Source: Sphaerodactylus townsendi
Taxonomy: Eukaryota
DNA: 64,000 nucleotides
Assembly (NCBI RefSeq): GCF_021028975.2
Contig: NC_059425.1
Span: 170,996,001-171,060,000, forward strand
Reading direction: 5' to 3'
The translations under genes and the position numbers were made by a program. Shown in pieces: positions 59,836 through 64,000 of the stretch. The notes beneath the pieces are model-generated. The model saw nothing but the letters and a program-made list of their open reading frames with translations. It did not search any database and had not been told where the DNA came from. Numbering within the stretch: position 1 is the stretch's first letter; each line of letters starts with the position of its first letter.

Positions 59836-62590
59836 TGGAGAGTGTGTGAGCCACTTTGAGTCTTTCTGTAGCTCCTTATTATGTAGATATTTTACTTTAT
59901 GTGTAGTTTTACTAAGACAGGTAACTCCTGAAGTAAAAAAATCCCAAGTCCTTCTACAATACCTGATGGGAAAAACAGTGCTATCCTAAGAACACTCCCC
60001 TGAGTAAGGTTGAATTCTAATTCAGTGTTTTCATACGATTCTCCCTTGATCATTCTTTCCGGGAGAACAATAATTTTGAGATCAGCAACAAAATGACCTG
60101 GAAGACTGGAATGTTCTTTACTGGCTTCTGAATACAGCAGTTTTTAATGTTAAATTTGTGTCCGTGTATTCTTTTACAGAATGATTGACTGGCTTGTCTT
60201 CAGTAGAGAGCAGAAGGGCACAACTGACACAGAACATTACAACATATATTGCTTTGGGAGAAGAGCCCAAGATGGTATAGCTCGTGTTCTTAGATCCTCT
60301 ATTAGTACCATTCGAGTGTATACAAGGCCAAAATTGGCATCTTGGGTTGTTGGTTTGAGGGTTTCTTTCTCTATTAGGTGGCTCATTGCTATTTTGGGTC
60401 AGGGATTATCTGTTTTAGGTTTGGGTGCTGTCTGTAAGCAAGGATAAACCTGCCACTCAAATACTAACAGAAATAGGCATCATTGTCCAGGATTGGAAGT
60501 AGATCACAGATGATGCATTGGACAGGGAGCTATGGGTTACCCCAGTGGTATTCTGCAGGGTTGGTTCCAGAGAGCACCAGGGGCCCCCATATACCTATAG
60601 TGGGCCCTACAAAACCCCATGGTGTGGTCACCCTCTGGAGGACTCACTCTGGAGGCAAGGAGACTTCACCCCTTTTTGTTTCCCCCACTGCTTGCCCTCC
60701 GCGCTGTTCTAAGGGACCCATGCATATGTTTGTATACTGTGGTACATGCTACAGATGTTAACCAGTTTAGTAAAACTAGGGGAATGGTCTCTATATTTCA
60801 ACCCATTAGCATGTTACATAATTGCATTCCACCCTGATCTTCCTGCATTTCATGGCTCCTTCGCCCTGAAGTCTATATGTGTTATACTTCCTACCTAAAA
60901 GTTCTGCTTAGCGAAGGAAACTGAGCTGCTTTTGAAGAAGCAGAACATTTACCCTGGAATAATATTTTGCTCAACTTTAAAGGTACCATTCCTGTTTGTT
61001 TATTCATTATGTTGCAATAATTGTCAAGGGCCCAGAAAACCATCCAAGAAACGTTGACAGTCCTGGGTCGAAGGTAGTAAGCATCTGGATATGACCATGG
61101 CTACAGATAGGCAGATTCAACATGCATTTCAGGCAGAAGCAAATAAAAGAAAAGCATCTGCAAAGGTGAAAAGGGGCCCCTTCTTATGCCATTATTTATG
61201 GAATACTACAGCTGCTGCATCTCTTAGAACTGTGATGGTTGCGTCTCTTAGAACTGATACATTCAAGACTAGATCTGCAAAGTGCAGACCCTTAAAGGCC
61301 TCTGTGTCTTTAAGAGCACCATGGAAGCGAACATTATGTCAGGTGGCTTTTCCTCTCAGGAGAAGAAGAAGAAGAAGAATTTGGATTTATATCCCCCTTT
61401 CTCTCCTGTAGGCGTCTCAAAGGGGCTTACAATTTCCTTGCCCTTCCCCCCTCACAACAAACACCCTGTGAGGTAGGTGGGGCTGAGAGAGCTCTGTAGA
61501 TCTGTGACTAGCGCAAGGTCACCCAGCTGGTGTGTGTGGGAGTATACAGGCTAATCTGAATTCCCCAGATAAGCCTCCACAGCTCAGGCGGCAGAGCTGG
61601 GAATCAAACCCGGTTCCTCCAGATTAGATACAGGAGCTCTTAACCTCCTACGCCACTGCTGCTCTCAGTGAAGCCCACAGAGGTGTACTGGGCAGCTCTG
61701 TGCCTGTTGTGTAGCTCTTAAAGGTAAAGGACTATTGTTGGGGTTTGGAGCCCTGGATGCCATTCAGTAACAAATCCTGATCTCCCTTGACCAAATGCAA
61801 AGCCTCAGAGAACATGGTCTGTAGTGGGCGAGGGTAGAGTATCCCTTCTCACGCATTCCCCACAGTTTGATCACCACAGGGAAAGTGGTAGCGGCGAGAA
61901 TAAAAATTATAGAGGGGAGAATATGACACCTCTCCTGCCTCCTGCAAACCAAAGTCCGGTGGTTCTCTGCTGCCCTGTCTGACTGTTCAGGGGAGACCTT
62001 GCTTGCAGGACCTGGGCATGGTGCTGAAATTATAAATTGGCAGTCAAGCTATAACCGTGAATACACAGTGTTTCATGAAGACCTTCATTTGCCAAGAAGA
62101 TGTGGTGAACACATAGTTAAGTTTGCAAGTCTTGTTTGGGAAAAGTAATCCAATGCAACATTTCCCTAGAGGGGTTTCTTTTCATTAAAATTTGAATTTA
62201 GGAGAAAAGCTTTTACATATTCAAGTAGGATTAAAAAGAAAAATGTAACGTACCTCTCTGTTTGCAGTCTGACGTATCAATGTACTTCACAGTCGGAGTA
62301 CGCATGATATGAGGTGGTTTTTTCCTAGGCCTTAATGGAGATGGCAGTCCTAAAAAACATGATCACTGATAAAACTATTCTTAAAAACAAACAGCAAAAA
62401 AAATGGACTGAACAGGTTCTTTGAGCTCCATCTGGTGACTGTATAGCAGTATGAATCCTTTTTGGAGAATTTGGTAGAACTGTCCTGCTAGATTGAAAGT
62501 TAATTCTTGTATTTTTACAAAAGCATATTCAGTTTATTGAAAAAGCTTCAAGGGGCAGCAAATTTTTGTTCTTTTTTTGAAGGAAAAGAT

Positions 62591-62630
<40 letters not shown>

Positions 62631-63236
62631 CGTGTGACCAAAATGAAAATGGCAAATTCAGAATGGAACTGCTTCAAGCATCAAATATGCCTCTGCAGTA
62701 AATAGAAGATCAATAATGTTTATAACTTTGGGCGCTGCCAGTCCCTCCCAGTCTTAAAGCCGGCCTTGGGACCGGGTGCCACCAATATGGGCAGTCTGTT
62801 ATTATTGGAATTGATTCTGCATATTGAACTTTAAATGTTTTTAGATGTTTTAAGTAATTTATTGTTTTTTATTGTATTGTGAACCGCCTAGAGCCCTTTG
62901 GGGATGAGACGGTCTGCAAAATATAATAAACAAACAAACAAACTTGCAGGCCGGGCTAATGACCTTCCAAAGACCTTAGATCTAGTGGTGGAATTCAGCA
63001 GGTTCGCACTACTTTGGCAGAACCAGTTGTTAAAATAGTGTTTGTAAACAATCAGTTGTTAAATTATTTGAATTCCCACCACCGGAACCGGTTGTTAAAG
63101 TATTTGAATCCCATAGTTAGATCCCTTTACTCAGCCTCTTATGCATGAAACACACAACCCCTAACCACAGGAACAGGTGTGCAAAGGAACAGAGAAAGGA
63201 TTTTAAACAGCCCCAGGTGGGACTGTACACAGCCTA

Positions 63237-63468
63237 CCATGTTTCCCCGAATATAAGACAGTATCTTATATTAATTTTTGCTCCCAAAGATGCACTATGT
63301 TTTATTTTCAGGGGATGTCTTATTTTTCTGTGTTCTGTTCGTCGGGCATGCTTCCAAACAAAAACTTTGCTATGTCTTACTTTCGGGGGATGCCTTATAT
63401 TTCGCACTTCAACAAAACCTCTACTATGTCTTATTTTTCGGGGATGTCTTATATTCGGGGAAACAGGG
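63237..63468. mobile_element. Tc1/mariner-pogo type MITE, second copy
   Basis: Same length and TIRs as 34257-34488; TA TSD. Confidence 0.85.
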
Positions 63469-64000
63469 TAGCACCAAAAGCGACCTTAACTCCAGAGCTG
63501 TGAAAGTTCCTGTCAGAAAATATGCATCAGGATGGGAGAAACCATTCTACTCACACACCAACACAATGCCAAGGATGTAAAAGGAGAAAAAAGAATGGGA
63601 TGATGGGGGGGAGGGAGGGTGGCAGTCCATAACAGAGAGGAAGAAAGGTAACGGTTGTGATGGAGGAGCCCTGGGTTGCAGAGCTCACAGCAATGATCAC
63701 AAAAGGAAAGATCTTGCTCAAAAACACAAGGGAAACAAACACTTGAAAAAAAGACTTGCATCTATTTACTTTTTTACTTCATTTATACCTGACCTTCCTC
63801 TTTGATGAAGACCCAAACTGGCTTTTTCCATTTCATCCTCATAACAACAATGCTGTGAGGTGGGTTAGACTGAGGGTATGGCTCAAAGTCACCCAGCAAG
63901 CTTCCTCGGCAGTGCTGGGATTCAGCATTGGGACTGTCAGGCCCCTTCCGCACATGCAGAATAATGCACTTTCAATCCACTTTCACCATTGTTTGAAAGT

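Noticed and set aside
62252-62324. Possible minus-strand exon (donor GAG|gtacgt)
   Set aside because: Poor acceptor, unrecognisable translation and no partner exons in the window

Overview
Vertebrate genomic DNA with two N-gaps. The repeat families point to a squamate reptile, plausibly a gecko (inference). I reconstructed three complete spliced genes by hand, all with GT-AG introns and open frames. (1) VPS36, + strand, 14 coding exons, 2400-24683, 386 aa. (2) THSD1, + strand, CpG-island non-coding exon 1 near 29 kb and 4 coding exons, 36685-44396, 852 aa. (3) A convergent FGL1-like secreted fibrinogen-domain gene, - strand, 7 coding exons, 55093-46381, 329 aa; it has the FGL1 exon architecture but lies in the VPS36/THSD1 neighbourhood. 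The left end has a second CCAAT/CHR promoter-like region with a 79-bp tandem duplication, probably for a divergent neighbour (CKAP2 by synteny). Introns and intergenic DNA are dense in transposons: hAT, Harbinger and Tc1/mariner MITEs with TSDs, tRNA- and 5S-derived SINEs, CR1 and L1-like LINEs, a solo LTR, a Copia remnant, and Penelope fragments with minimal hammerhead ribozymes. The most unexplained structure is an approximately 500-bp imperfect palindrome (56265-56765) just upstream of the FGL1-like gene. Also notable are a G-U-rich hairpin in THSD1 intron 4, a sense-strand hammerhead just past the VPS36 poly(A) signals, and VPS36 exon 4 squeezed between two insertions. No database searches were run; family names come from recognised motifs.
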